Origin: a virus
Taxonomy: Duplodnaviria > Caudoviricetes
Reading direction: 5' to 3' (one strand)
Length of the DNA stretch: 54,428 nucleotides
Virus record (IMG/VR): IMGVR_UViG_3300021964_000091
Location: 1 to 54,428 of that record
Every line of letters begins with the position of its first letter. Positions within the stretch are counted from its first letter, which is position 1. Made by a program: the position numbers and the translations under genes. A model generated the notes under the pieces. The model searched no databases. It was not told the origin of the DNA and worked only from the letters and a program-made list of their open reading frames with translations. Shown piece after piece: positions 36,301-45,939 of the stretch.

Positions 36301-39300
36301 CCCTTTGTTCTTGGTAGATACGCCACACATTATCAGTAATAGCAAACGCAGGTTTGTAGACAGAAGGTTGTGTGTTCTCTTGTCCTTCAACAATATCTAG
36401 TACTACTTCAATACCGTTAGTAAATTCATCTCTAGTTACTTCTCCTGCCTGCCTGATTCTTTCAAAAGCATTAGGATCAATAACAATATTTCCGTTAGCG
36501 TCAGCTACAGCAAGGTTAGGCATATCACGAATCATTTGTTCCGTGGTTGCTTTACCTTTAAACAATGCTGCATAAGCTAGTAGTTCACCAGCTTGTTGTA
36601 GTTCTTCAGTAGTAGGGCCTCCACCAAATCCAAACCATTCAGGTGTGTGAGAGAAGGCAGTAAGTTTTTCATACTCAGCATGTAGTCGTTTAACCCTAGC
36701 TGACTGTTGTTGGAAAATCTTAAATACTTCTGAAAGACCTTCACTACGCAAAGCCATATTATCTAGAGTCTGTACTTTCTCTAAGGCTTCACCTAACCAG
36801 TTTGCTAGGTCTCTAGTATTAGTTACATCTTTAGCTCGTTTAGCTAGTTCAGATACACCTGTAAAACTACCATACTGACCTGCTTTCTTATTCAAACCAA
36901 ACTGGCTGAACAATGTAGAAGCTAGGTCAGCACGGTCATCTTCAAGGGAGAAGCGTCCATACATGCTGTCCTGTGTTAGTCTTTCTAAGTTTTTACTTAG
37001 CTGTCGACCATTGACAAAGAATCCGCCACCTGAGCGTAAGTTTCTACGAGATTGACTAATCAGGTACCGGGACATGTCATCACCGAACGTAACCCCAAAC
37101 TTGTTGAGGAAGTTCTTAACAGCAGCCCAAAATCTGGCTACGAAATGTACATCCATATAGGCCGCAGCATCAGCCATTGCTTCTTCAATAGCCTCGTGCA
37201 TATCCATACCTGCTTCCATCTTACGATCAGCAACAGCACGGATATGGCCTTCAGTTCTATAAATATCTCTGAGGATAGCATTGAGCCTTCTGTCAGGCAT
37301 GAATGCTCTAAATCCAAAGTGACCTAGTGTTTCGTGGGCTACAACAAACTGAACCTGTTGCTCAGTTTTAGCGTAGTCAGCAAAGATAATAATCTGGTCA
37401 CCAACTGAGAAACCTACAGCCGGTGTAGTTTCAAAGTCAGGTCGGCTACGCATAGCCCTGTTAAATAACTCAGGGTTAGTTTGTCTAAGTTCTGCCACAT
37501 TCTGAACAACAGTGACAGTTGGTTTAATCTTAAGACCTTTAAGAACCTTGTTAACAATTAATTTAATCTTACCTTTAGGCACAGGGTTTTGGATTACAGA
37601 ACCATCTTCTGCTCTGTAGAAGTTACCATCTTCATCATCAAACGCACCAAACATTTCATCGTCACTCTTACTACGAGTATCCAATGTCATTTCTTCGGCT
37701 TGTCTTAATGCTTCTAGTTGTTCTCTTTCACGCTCAGCAGCTTTAAGTCTTGCTGCTTTCATTTGAGCCTGACGTTCTTTCAACTGTTCTTGGGTATATT
37801 CCTTAGTAGTAGGTACAAGCCTACCATCACCTGACCCTACAAGTTTAAGTTCACCGTTCTCATTAAAGTATTCTTTAAGCTTAGGCCCTCTACCCATACG
37901 ATATTCAGGGTCTGCTTTAGCAAACAACTGGTTAAGCCTAATAATTTCTTTAGAATTTCTACGCTTAATTTGGTTAATTGCTTGATCTCTAATCTGTAGA
38001 TCAATCTGTTTCTCAAGCTCTTGACTTGCAGCAAACTGCACCTGCTCTGAAGTTTCCTCAATAACAGCAGGTTCTTGAACTTGTTCTTGTTCTACCTGAG
38101 CGATTGGTTCTGCTACAACCTCTGCTTGTTTAGCTTTATACCACTTAGGCATTGCTCTCATTGGAGCTTTAATAGCATCTAATAGATTACGCTGAGCACC
38201 AAAGGTTACCCATGCTTTATCCTTACCACGATAAGTTCCTGTAAGATTGTCGTTTAGATTCGCGCCAGCAACAAAGGCTTCATCAATAGCTTTCCATTGT
38301 TTCTCACTAAATTGAGTGTTGTTTATATAAGCTAATGCTCTGTCTCTAATACTAAGACCACCACCTGCGGTTTTCTTACCGAGGTTAGAATCAGTATTAA
38401 ACAGTGCATAATCAAGAATAGTTTCAGCTGCGTATGCAAAAGTGGTTGCATCAGTGGCAGTATCAAAAAAGGTTACCGCTTCCTCTAGTTCTTGTAGAGG
38501 AGTTAGTTCCATATCAGCACGAGCTTTGTCATAAATTTCTTTAGTCTGCTCGTAAGTAATAGAACCACTATTTACTAGCTGTTCAAACTCTTGCCTCTGT
38601 GCAGCAGGGATATCATCAAGTGGGATATCTGTAACACCCATGTCTTCCCATGCTTCATACGGAGAATCGTATGCAGTTACACTAGATACGGCGGCTTCTT
38701 CTTTGACAGCGGGTCTGCTATCCTGTTGCCTTTCTTGTTGTGCTTGATCTGTTGGTTGCGGAGTTTGTTCTTGTTTAGCTCTTTGCTCTGCAACTTGTTC
38801 CGTGATCTGTTCTTGGCTAGCAATCTCGCTCGCTTTCGTTTTTCTGAGTCGCTGAGCTTTCCTACCCGTTGTGGTAGTTGTCTGTTCTCCGGTGTCTCTG
38901 ACTCGAATTGGTTCGCCAGCTTGGGGTTGTTCGCGTACATCCACTTCCGCTGGGCTTCGCTCTTGAACGGCATCTTCACCCCTCCTTAATGTTGTAGCCG
39001 CAGGAGCTACAGGAGCTGCAGGCTCGTCAAAAGGTAGTGTCAGTTGACCAGCGGCTTCTAGTTCAGCGGCAGTTGGTTGTTGTGGTTCTGCAGCGACAGG
39101 TTGTGGCTGTCTCTGTAACCTTCTCAATCCGTATGGAACAGCAAACCCCGGCAGACTTGGCTGCACAGGTTCTCTAGCTGCTGATACCATTGGCATCTTA
39201 AGCTGAGCATTTTCCTCAGCTAATCTTTCATTCTCTGCAATAATCTGTTCGATCCTTGCAGTTTCTAATTCTTTAATCTGTTGTTCTTGACGCTGACGTA

Positions 39301-41374
39301 AAGCTTCATCGAACTGACGTTGACGTTCAGCACGAGTTCTTTCAGCTTCTAATTCTTGTTTAACAATTTCAGCTTCCTGTATAGCCTGCTGAGTTTCAAC
39401 CTTCTGTTGTTCTTCACGAGCTAATGCAGCCTGAAGCATCTGCTGACCCATAGCAGTTTGTTGTGTTTCTGGTTGCTGCGCTGCAACCTTCGTAGCTGCA
39501 ATCGTTGGGTCTTCTAATGGTAGCTGTTGCTGACCAGTAACTTGGTCTTCTAATACCTGATTTGACGTAGGTACAGCCTGTCCTGCAGGATCAACTACAA
39601 CTGTTTGGTTATTTAAAGCCTGTTCTATTGTGTTATTTGTGCCACCCTGTTGCTCATTTGCAACAGTAGGTGCCTGTGTTGTGACAGGTTGTTGTGGTGT
39701 AACTGTCGGTGTTGCTGCCGGGGCCTGATTTTGTCCCATTTCTTCAGCAGAAAACAACTCCATTTGAGTTCCACTAGGGGCTGGGAGGGCACCTGCAACA
39801 GAGGGAGGAGCTGGCAATGCGCCTGCAACCGTGCCACCTAGTGGATTCGGATTAGGATTCTCTGGATCAACTGGGGTAGTACTAGAAGATGGTTCAGGAT
39901 TCTGTTCAATCTGTAGTAGATTGGTTGCTTCACCCTTCTTAAGGGTATTAGCTACTGAACCTATTGGGCCACCTACTGCAGCACCTGCCGCAAAAGCATT
40001 AATAAGTCTGTTAATTACTTGTTTATCATTTAAATCAAACTGGTCTGTACCTGCAAGTAAGATAGTTTCTTGAGCAGCTTCTGTTACACCTTCAAGAGTA
40101 GCGCCTACTGCGAAACCTTTACCTGCTCGCTTAGCGATTCCACCCCTAGCCATAGCAGCTGGAGATAGTACAGAATTAGGTACACCAAAGATTTTACCAG
40201 CTAAGAAAAATTCTGATAGAGATTCTAAAGCAGCATATGGAATAGCACCTAATGCGGCTGTATATCGGTCACCTACACCTGTATCTCTTACTTCACCATA
40301 GATATCACCAAGGCCAATACCATAAGAACTAACGCCTGATCCTATTGCTGCACCGCCTACTATAGCTTGGTTTCTACCAACTCTATTAGCTTTTTGTGCA
40401 CCTGCTAGGATTGCGTCATCAATCTGTGATTTGATACCAAAAGTATTTCGTTTAAGTGCTGCTTGTCCTGCAGGGTTGACTACAAAAATCTTAGGATTCT
40501 TAAGCTGTGCTACACCAGTAAGACCTGCAACTTCACGAAGAAGTTTTCTCTCACCATTACTAAGAGCTTCACCTTTCATATACTTTTTAGCAGCTACAAG
40601 AACTGCTCGTTTGAAAGACTCTTTACCCATAGTAGTTAGGATTGCACCACCTACAGCACCGAATGGGGTACCAGTTGTAACAGCACCAACCCCTGCACCT
40701 ACTAGTGCAGATGCAACAGACTCAATAAGCATTGGCCCTTGCTGTGCAAGGTTAGCTACAAACCAATCGAGCGCACCATGAGATTCAGAATCACCAAATT
40801 CTATATTAGTAAATTCACGTTGGAATGGTTGGTTATAGTACAGTTCTTTAACTGCTTCATTAACCCAAGCCTGACCTGTTTCTTCTGCACCAAAAAACTG
40901 AGCAGCTCTACCACCAAGAAGTTTTAGATTACTACCACCAATTTCAAAGTTACGTTTCATCAGCGTACCCCAATCAGGGTTTCTGATTCCGCCTATATAC
41001 TCATCATAAACTTGTGGTTCTACAACCTGCCAGTTATAACCAGCGGGTGCATCGGCTCTTGGCTGTTGGATATAAGGTACTGAATCCATTGCTGACTGTG
41101 CATCATCAGCATCAAACATAGCACCATTCACAAACATCTTGTTAGCATTAGGATCATAAAGAACCTGAGGCCCAGACGTTTTAGGCTTAAGCATCTCAGG
41201 CATTTCAAACTGAGATGATTTAATAATGGCTTCACCTAATGCGGCTGTATCCGCCATAGATGTATTAAGGTTACCTACGCCAATATCTGGTTGGGGATCG
41301 TAAGGATTACCTACTGGATTTATATCCATGGCATTTAGTGGAATGCTGCCGAATGAGAGTCCAGCTTTTGCCAT
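33356..41374 (-). CDS. Giant internal virion / DNA ejection protein (2672 aa)
   Basis: Last gene of the late arm; Gly/Ala-rich hydrophobic N-terminal region, Q/E/P linker, HETLGHFG zincin-like motif, helical C-terminal region. Confidence 0.8.
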   Translation of the reverse strand: MAKAGLSFGSIPLNAMDINPVGNPYDPQPDIGVGNLNTSMADTAALGEAIIKSSQFEMPEMLKPKTSGPQVLYDPNANKMFVNGAMFDADDAQSAMDSVPYIQQPRADAPAGYNWQVVEPQVYDEYIGGIRNPDWGTLMKRNFEIGGSNLKLLGGRAAQFFGAEETGQAWVNEAVKELYYNQPFQREFTNIEFGDSESHGALDWFVANLAQQGPMLIESVASALVGAGVGAVTTGTPFGAVGGAILTTMGKESFKRAVLVAAKKYMKGEALSNGERKLLREVAGLTGVAQLKNPKIFVVNPAGQAALKRNTFGIKSQIDDAILAGAQKANRVGRNQAIVGGAAIGSGVSSYGIGLGDIYGEVRDTGVGDRYTAALGAIPYAALESLSEFFLAGKIFGVPNSVLSPAAMARGGIAKRAGKGFAVGATLEGVTEAAQETILLAGTDQFDLNDKQVINRLINAFAAGAAVGGPIGSVANTLKKGEATNLLQIEQNPEPSSSTTPVDPENPNPNPLGGTVAGALPAPPSVAGALPAPSGTQMELFSAEEMGQNQAPAATPTVTPQQPVTTQAPTVANEQQGGTNNTIEQALNNQTVVVDPAGQAVPTSNQVLEDQVTGQQQLPLEDPTIAATKVAAQQPETQQTAMGQQMLQAALAREEQQKVETQQAIQEAEIVKQELEAERTRAERQRQFDEALRQRQEQQIKELETARIEQIIAENERLAEENAQLKMPMVSAAREPVQPSLPGFAVPYGLRRLQRQPQPVAAEPQQPTAAELEAAGQLTLPFDEPAAPVAPAATTLRRGEDAVQERSPAEVDVREQPQAGEPIRVRDTGEQTTTTTGRKAQRLRKTKASEIASQEQITEQVAEQRAKQEQTPQPTDQAQQERQQDSRPAVKEEAAVSSVTAYDSPYEAWEDMGVTDIPLDDIPAAQRQEFEQLVNSGSITYEQTKEIYDKARADMELTPLQELEEAVTFFDTATDATTFAYAAETILDYALFNTDSNLGKKTAGGGLSIRDRALAYINNTQFSEKQWKAIDEAFVAGANLNDNLTGTYRGKDKAWVTFGAQRNLLDAIKAPMRAMPKWYKAKQAEVVAEPIAQVEQEQVQEPAVIEETSEQVQFAASQELEKQIDLQIRDQAINQIKRRNSKEIIRLNQLFAKADPEYRMGRGPKLKEYFNENGELKLVGSGDGRLVPTTKEYTQEQLKERQAQMKAARLKAAEREREQLEALRQAEEMTLDTRSKSDDEMFGAFDDEDGNFYRAEDGSVIQNPVPKGKIKLIVNKVLKGLKIKPTVTVVQNVAELRQTNPELFNRAMRSRPDFETTPAVGFSVGDQIIIFADYAKTEQQVQFVVAHETLGHFGFRAFMPDRRLNAILRDIYRTEGHIRAVADRKMEAGMDMHEAIEEAMADAAAYMDVHFVARFWAAVKNFLNKFGVTFGDDMSRYLISQSRRNLRSGGGFFVNGRQLSKNLERLTQDSMYGRFSLEDDRADLASTLFSQFGLNKKAGQYGSFTGVSELAKRAKDVTNTRDLANWLGEALEKVQTLDNMALRSEGLSEVFKIFQQQSARVKRLHAEYEKLTAFSHTPEWFGFGGGPTTEELQQAGELLAYAALFKGKATTEQMIRDMPNLAVADANGNIVIDPNAFERIRQAGEVTRDEFTNGIEVVLDIVEGQENTQPSVYKPAFAITDNVWRIYQEQRAAVNQAALDVLEANLGAALDQKNEALEGFKNVVGSAGNAPTTVEIQTLRRVIDEYTRLYKEGAVQEGAGLKYKEASIEKAKTFIAAINRAMWNQNKLNDWKAGTDNTEQFQGDEFQDIIDGLERLNALGLSENQAYNITNAIQNIYLLDVKNANAEFLAKRTIMGAYVPFTRRGKYQVMVKAMANGKAVNMDEAYKSSMPYYQVNSRADAREIQRALDESFGGKQFTVLDNDGNEVKVTFEAEFGTARQSQPMTHTVNLSEFVDVLQRLSVNITPQERERIVVALTKQGERARRSLQRSGVAGWDTDVVRSVSEHLETQGHIAGKTFYRHKLNRIMLDNSMWRGNPEKLKRLEDAMLRAERQGNPERIKIARQEYDAYAAMYQYSADVGRSKTVNLYGKANGDGTRQSKKAQTEGRGENYREEAKRLLAWYSDAANIDQSTEDMLSGEVGSRFKLFAVLFQLGGSVATAAINAISMVTHSIPYLSTYNPKRGYGGGFGMTLSAAAMMRSSGNMWNKNLANYSYVNEVANNTELQQKHGLSEDEAIALRDATAEGVLQAAQFNALVGTARGGVNSNKTASAIKAWMSMFSYTEQMNRRTTFMAAYRLERERQLAAGATQAEAQERASEFGRKAVNTSQGEYAMYNRPEMARGNVLQYVFMYKQFVIISVQLMRGMATKERAIFLGMLLFASGLKGLPFADDLMDLVDTLAQMFGIKMASIEKELATFFDSVYPGSSQVLMRGFIDRFTGATISTRLGFGDLIPLSGALKAGADPWREAENFLGPVYNGIQGMFATGGQLAKYGAEVLGLKDDTTNFVDILRDSPVSAVRGMADGWTYLNDGRITNSKGNVISNEVPLTTAIARMMGFYPAIATLQNDVVRIGKHTDAYVKSLKMAYTQQYVKAKLNNDVAEMNRIIQDVNEHNRYHKGTEFEFKGFIRSANRSYNAAKNPTILRYKKFAPKNIRQEIDDLMQLYGIDPSDLQ
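38677..38973 (-). CDS. Nested out-of-frame small basic protein, 98 aa (MPFKSEAQRKWMYAN...)
   Basis: TAAGGAGG (38981-38988) 7 nt upstream of ATG 38973; N-terminus matches a small phage protein motif I recall; 27 Lys/Arg in 98 aa. Confidence 0.65.
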   Translation of the reverse strand: MPFKSEAQRKWMYANNPKLANQFESETPENRQLPQRVGKLSDSEKRKRARLLAKNRSRNKLQSKELNKNKLRNQQIKHNKKGNRIADPLSKKKPPYLV

Positions 41375-41375
41375 G

Positions 41376-44141
41376 TTATTTTGCTCCGCTATTTATAACA
41401 CTCTGTACATTTGATGTTAAATATGGGTTGCCTGATGAAGCTGACCCAGAGATTAAACTTATTCCATCAGCAAGAGATATTTTCTTAGTTCCCGGTGCAT
41501 AGTACTTATCACCATTAGGTTTAGTATGTTCCATCATTGGGTCAAATAAGTAAACCTCAGAACCTATTTGCACAATACCTTTACCAGAACCATCACCAAT
41601 AGCTTTAAACTCACCTTTCATCATCTTAATCTGCTCTAGTAACGCATTAGCTTTGGATGTTAGTTCTTTATCGACTTTGAGTTTGATAAGGTCTGCATTA
41701 ATTTTTTGTTGTTCTTTCGTCATATCTAGTTGTGCATCAAAAATCTTCATAGATTTCTCAGCAGCAACTTGGTTAATCTGAGTCTTGTATGATGAATCGA
41801 ACTGAAGCTGAGCTAAGTGAGATATCTCTCGCATGCTCATACCTTCTTGTACCACAGTACCATCCATCTGCAGATTAAACTTACCATCAGAACGTGGGAC
41901 AATTCGTACATCCCTGCCTGAATACATAGACCAAACCATAGATAGACGGTTGGTGTTATTACCGTACCTTAAATCATTAAGACCCTGCATACCTTGCAGA
42001 TAAATCATACCCTGATCTATCTTAGTTACAGTATCCCTAGCAGTTACAAGGCTAGTTAGCATACCTTCTGCTGCTTCTTTATACTTAAGGAAGTTATCTA
42101 TATCACCTGAAATTCTGTAGATTTCTGCAATTCGTTTATATTCCTGTGATTTCTTCTGAGCAATTTGAAAAATCTGAACTGCTTCAGTTCTAGTTTTCTT
42201 AGCTTGCTCCATATCATAAGTAACTTTTGATGGATTCTGTATATAAATCGCAGGGGTATCAATACTTTTGTCTTTGGGTGTATCACCAGAACCTAAGTTA
42301 CCGCTGCCTAGATCAACACCAACTTGGTCACCAGTGGTGACTTTAGTATCTTTACCTGAATCAACTGTTTGTAGAGAACTAACATTGTCAGTAGCAACAG
42401 CTGTGTTATTTGCATTATTAGACTTAGCTTCTGTTTCTACTTTAGTTGTAACTTGATCGCCTACACCAGCGCTTAGCTTAACTTTAAGCTGGTTATATTC
42501 TGTAATAAGTTTTGAATTTTCAGCAGCCGAAATATTTGGATCAGCAAGTAACTTACCAATCTCATTCATACGATCCATCGCCGCTTTTCTGTCATCACCT
42601 GTAATAGCAGGTAATTTCAAACCAGCTTGGGCTTCTGTGTCTTTTGTAGTAGAATCAGGAAGAATGGTTACATTCTCTGGTGTATATGTAGAACTGCTAG
42701 CTGTAGCACCAAACGCAGTTGGAAACTGATCCAACATACCGTTGTAGATTCTAATTACTGCAGAGTTATAATCATTATTTGTAAGCGACCCATCATTAGC
42801 TACAGAAGGAGTACCTCGTTGAAGGGTTCCTTCCATACCACCTTGGTAACCTGCAGCAAGCAAGTTCTTAGGTACACCAATATATTCACCATACTTCAGA
42901 TATAAGATACCTGCAGCTATCTGGTGTTGAGGATTAGTTGGGTCTAACGATGCAGCAAGCTGTTGAACCTGCTGTGAAATTCCATATTTTTTAATATTTG
43001 TTGGGTTTGTGTACCAACCTTTCATTTGTTGGAACGTAGAATCAGCGACCTGCATAGGCCCTTGAATGGTAACTTTACTACCATTCTTAAGTTCAAACTC
43101 TTTAGGTGCTGTATCAACCCTACCAAAATCTGATTCAATACCTAGAATTGCTAGAGAAAACGCAGTATCAAAACCAATTATCTTAGAGTAATTTAATACA
43201 TCTGTAGATGATGGTTGACTAAATCCTGTAGTTAAATCTTTAAGCCTAGCTGTAACAATAGTATCTGCTGTCTTAGCTGATTTCTTTGTAACAGCTCTAT
43301 CTTCTCTTAGAGGTGCTTCTTTAACAAAAGTTTTGTGGTAACCAATAGGGTCTAGTGCAGCCCATTGCAGTTGATTAGGGTTTTGTTGAAAATATTTTTT
43401 AGCATCATCAGAATCATACCAGTCAAATGCTTCTTTACTTGCTTTACGCTGTTCTACTTCATCAGGATCATCAAAGAAATAACCATACATACGCCCAGCA
43501 GGAGAAGATGCAAGCATATCTCCATAACCTGTAGCAATACGATCTCTGATTTTCATCATGATGGCATTGAAGTCACTATTAGCAAACATCTTATCAAGAC
43601 TTTGCATAAACTGAGATGACTCAGTATCAACCTGAGTAATATCAGGAGTGCCACTCATACCGACTTTTGACATATCAAAGTCAGCTTCAGGGTTATAATC
43701 AGGGATAGTCAGGTGACTAGGTTGTACGTTAGTCCCTTCTAAATAATTTTCTTTACCTGTTTTAGTTTCAGCACCTTCAATGGTTTTAGTACCATCTTGG
43801 TTCTCAGTAATTTTAGGCCCAACTGCATCAGGTACAACTGGTTTAGTGCCGTCCCCTTCTGTACTAGGTACAACAATTTTCTCTGGCCCTTTAGGTTTTT
43901 CTTCAGGTGGAGGAGGTGGAATATAAAGTTGATCCGAACCAAATCCACTAGAATCTAGATTAGGCTGATTGCGCAAGGCAATATCAGGCAGCTGCACTCC
44001 GGGTGCATAGTCCTGCATATTAATACGGGTTTGGTTTTTACGTTGTAAATCCTGAAGATCACTCTCCAGTCTTGCACCACGATTAAAAGCGTCAGAGTCT
44101 TGACCTAACGCAGTTCCTACAAACCCTCGCAATCCTGCCAT
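41376..44141 (-). CDS. Internal virion protein with lytic transglycosylase (SLT) domain
   Basis: AILGIESDF (catalytic ES), GPMQV, AGILYLK and AAGYQGG motifs. Confidence 0.8.
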   Translation of the reverse strand: MAGLRGFVGTALGQDSDAFNRGARLESDLQDLQRKNQTRINMQDYAPGVQLPDIALRNQPNLDSSGFGSDQLYIPPPPPEEKPKGPEKIVVPSTEGDGTKPVVPDAVGPKITENQDGTKTIEGAETKTGKENYLEGTNVQPSHLTIPDYNPEADFDMSKVGMSGTPDITQVDTESSQFMQSLDKMFANSDFNAIMMKIRDRIATGYGDMLASSPAGRMYGYFFDDPDEVEQRKASKEAFDWYDSDDAKKYFQQNPNQLQWAALDPIGYHKTFVKEAPLREDRAVTKKSAKTADTIVTARLKDLTTGFSQPSSTDVLNYSKIIGFDTAFSLAILGIESDFGRVDTAPKEFELKNGSKVTIQGPMQVADSTFQQMKGWYTNPTNIKKYGISQQVQQLAASLDPTNPQHQIAAGILYLKYGEYIGVPKNLLAAGYQGGMEGTLQRGTPSVANDGSLTNNDYNSAVIRIYNGMLDQFPTAFGATASSSTYTPENVTILPDSTTKDTEAQAGLKLPAITGDDRKAAMDRMNEIGKLLADPNISAAENSKLITEYNQLKVKLSAGVGDQVTTKVETEAKSNNANNTAVATDNVSSLQTVDSGKDTKVTTGDQVGVDLGSGNLGSGDTPKDKSIDTPAIYIQNPSKVTYDMEQAKKTRTEAVQIFQIAQKKSQEYKRIAEIYRISGDIDNFLKYKEAAEGMLTSLVTARDTVTKIDQGMIYLQGMQGLNDLRYGNNTNRLSMVWSMYSGRDVRIVPRSDGKFNLQMDGTVVQEGMSMREISHLAQLQFDSSYKTQINQVAAEKSMKIFDAQLDMTKEQQKINADLIKLKVDKELTSKANALLEQIKMMKGEFKAIGDGSGKGIVQIGSEVYLFDPMMEHTKPNGDKYYAPGTKKISLADGISLISGSASSGNPYLTSNVQSVINSGAK

Positions 44142-44151
44142 CTTTTTCCCC

Positions 44152-45456
44152 CTAAGCGATCGCCTGATAAGATGAAGTATCTAGACCTGTACCCTTGGTG
44201 TTAATTCCTTTTTCATCTTTAGGCACAGTATCTTCTAGTGCTTTTTTATCTTTACTAGAATTACCAGACGTTGTTGCTAACCTTCCAAAGAAGCTAGTAA
44301 TATTTTCTCGCTGCTTATCAGCTTCGCCTCTACGAGCCGAGTACATGTTGCCTAGGTTTGCTAGTGCATTAGCATATGTAGCATCTGCTCCGGGGATCAT
44401 ACCGTAACCAGTTTTCATTGCTGCGTCTTTAGAAGTCATACCTTTTTGGAATCCGGTATCATAAGCAGACTGAACATTTCTTGCAGAATCAAGAGCAAAT
44501 CGTCTTTCTTCTGCTGCATTTCTGCCTGTGCTACGGAAGTCAGTAAGTCCTGCTGTACGTCTGTACTCTCTCATTTTACGCTCAGACTCAACCGCAGCCT
44601 TATTAGCTGCTTGTAGACCGAAGTATTCTGGAGAGAAATAACCAGCTTGTACAAGATATTGTTTAGCTGCGTCCATCTTAGCATTAAACGCTGCTTCGTT
44701 AGTTTCTTTAAGGACAGCAAGTTCTTGCTTGTACTGATCCATAACCTGTTGTTCTTCTGCTGATAGTTCAGGCATTGACCCCGGAGGAATCAAAGCAGTT
44801 GCAAGCAACTGACCACCTGCCATCAATGTCATGTTAGCAAGAGTATCTGGATTAGTAACTTTATCTATGACTGTCGAAGGAACTTCACTAAGTTTTTCTA
44901 AAAATCCTTTCTTAGCTGCATCTGTTTCTACTGTAGTTTTTACAAGTGTACCGTCAGTTTGCGTTCCTCCTGTTTGTACTACTTGTCCGTCTGTTTGAAC
45001 CATAGTACCATCAGCCGCTGGTTGACCACTAAAGTTAGTACCAAGATATCTATCTGCAGTAGCACTGACACCACCTTGCGGTGTACCAAATGTACCTGCT
45101 GATGCTGACCTGTAACCGCCGAAGCCGCCACCAAGGGCACCCATAATAGCTCCAGCTTTAACACTTTGACCTGTAACTTTAGCTGTGACAGCACCTAGGG
45201 CTGCGCCTGTAATTGCTGAACTAATAACTGCGCCTGCAGTCGTAGTCATTGCGGCACCTAATGCGGTACCCGCAAGCATACTAGAAGCAGCAATCGAGCT
45301 AGCAATAGCTGGGGCTGCAACTGGGATAATAATAGCTGCTGCTACTGCAACAACTTTTTTGACACCACCTCCGTGTTCGGTAGGTTGTATCGGATATATA
45401 GGAGTAGTGCCAGCTGTGGGGCCAACTGAAACTACTAATGGGTTTATAGTTTGCAT
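44152..45456 (-). CDS. Internal virion / ejection (pilot) protein
   Basis: Long Ala/Gly hydrophobic N-terminal segments; precedes the other ejection genes. Confidence 0.65.
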   Translation of the reverse strand: MQTINPLVVSVGPTAGTTPIYPIQPTEHGGGVKKVVAVAAAIIIPVAAPAIASSIAASSMLAGTALGAAMTTTAGAVISSAITGAALGAVTAKVTGQSVKAGAIMGALGGGFGGYRSASAGTFGTPQGGVSATADRYLGTNFSGQPAADGTMVQTDGQVVQTGGTQTDGTLVKTTVETDAAKKGFLEKLSEVPSTVIDKVTNPDTLANMTLMAGGQLLATALIPPGSMPELSAEEQQVMDQYKQELAVLKETNEAAFNAKMDAAKQYLVQAGYFSPEYFGLQAANKAAVESERKMREYRRTAGLTDFRSTGRNAAEERRFALDSARNVQSAYDTGFQKGMTSKDAAMKTGYGMIPGADATYANALANLGNMYSARRGEADKQRENITSFFGRLATTSGNSSKDKKALEDTVPKDEKGINTKGTGLDTSSYQAIA

Positions 45457-45459
45457 AGT

Positions 45460-45939
45460 TTAGACCTCCGTTAAATCCTGTCGTAATTGGACATAATGAC
45501 GTTCGAACCCTTGTGATAGTAAAATTCTTTCCATCGCTGGATGTACCGAACATTCAATTTTTCTTACACCACACACTTTCGCCCAACTACAAACATCTTT
45601 CCAATACATTTGTATCAGGTTTTTTAAGTCTTTTCCACCTAAAGCTACAACATTCATAGCTGTAAACCTAGGATAATTTACAAGTTCCAAAACTATTACT
45701 AGTTTAACACTAGGAACTTCAGTCTCATCGTTTTTCGCAACAATGATAAAGACTTCACCTTTCAGTGCTCTGGTATATAAATCTTCCACAAGCATCTCAC
45801 CGTGCATTGCACGTTTGATACATTCATCAATTAGCGGTGCACATTGCCCCCAGTACTTATCAATCAGTTCCTTAGTCGATAACAACTGAGGTTCATATTT
45901 TAGTTCTGGTTCTTCTTTATGCACTACTTGTAAGCTCAT
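45460..45939 (-). CDS. GNAT-fold-like virion assembly protein
   Basis: VALGG...WAKVCG...IE......R.L...GF pattern; position between nozzle and ejection proteins. Confidence 0.5.
   Translation of the reverse strand: MSLQVVHKEEPELKYEPQLLSTKELIDKYWGQCAPLIDECIKRAMHGEMLVEDLYTRALKGEVFIIVAKNDETEVPSVKLVIVLELVNYPRFTAMNVVALGGKDLKNLIQMYWKDVCSWAKVCGVRKIECSVHPAMERILLSQGFERHYVQLRQDLTEV

Noticed and set aside
38960-39000. Programmed frameshift fusing the giant protein to the MPFKS frame
   Set aside because: An in-frame TAA lies just upstream, no slippery heptamer is seen, and the SD-ATG spacing fits independent initiation.
34903-43948. Other same-strand alternative-frame ORFs in the ejection genes (34903, 35935, 37837, 39625, 42098, 43739)
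   Set aside because: Leu/Lys/Met-rich shadows expected from codon bias; I saw no strong RBS or motif, unlike 38677-38973.
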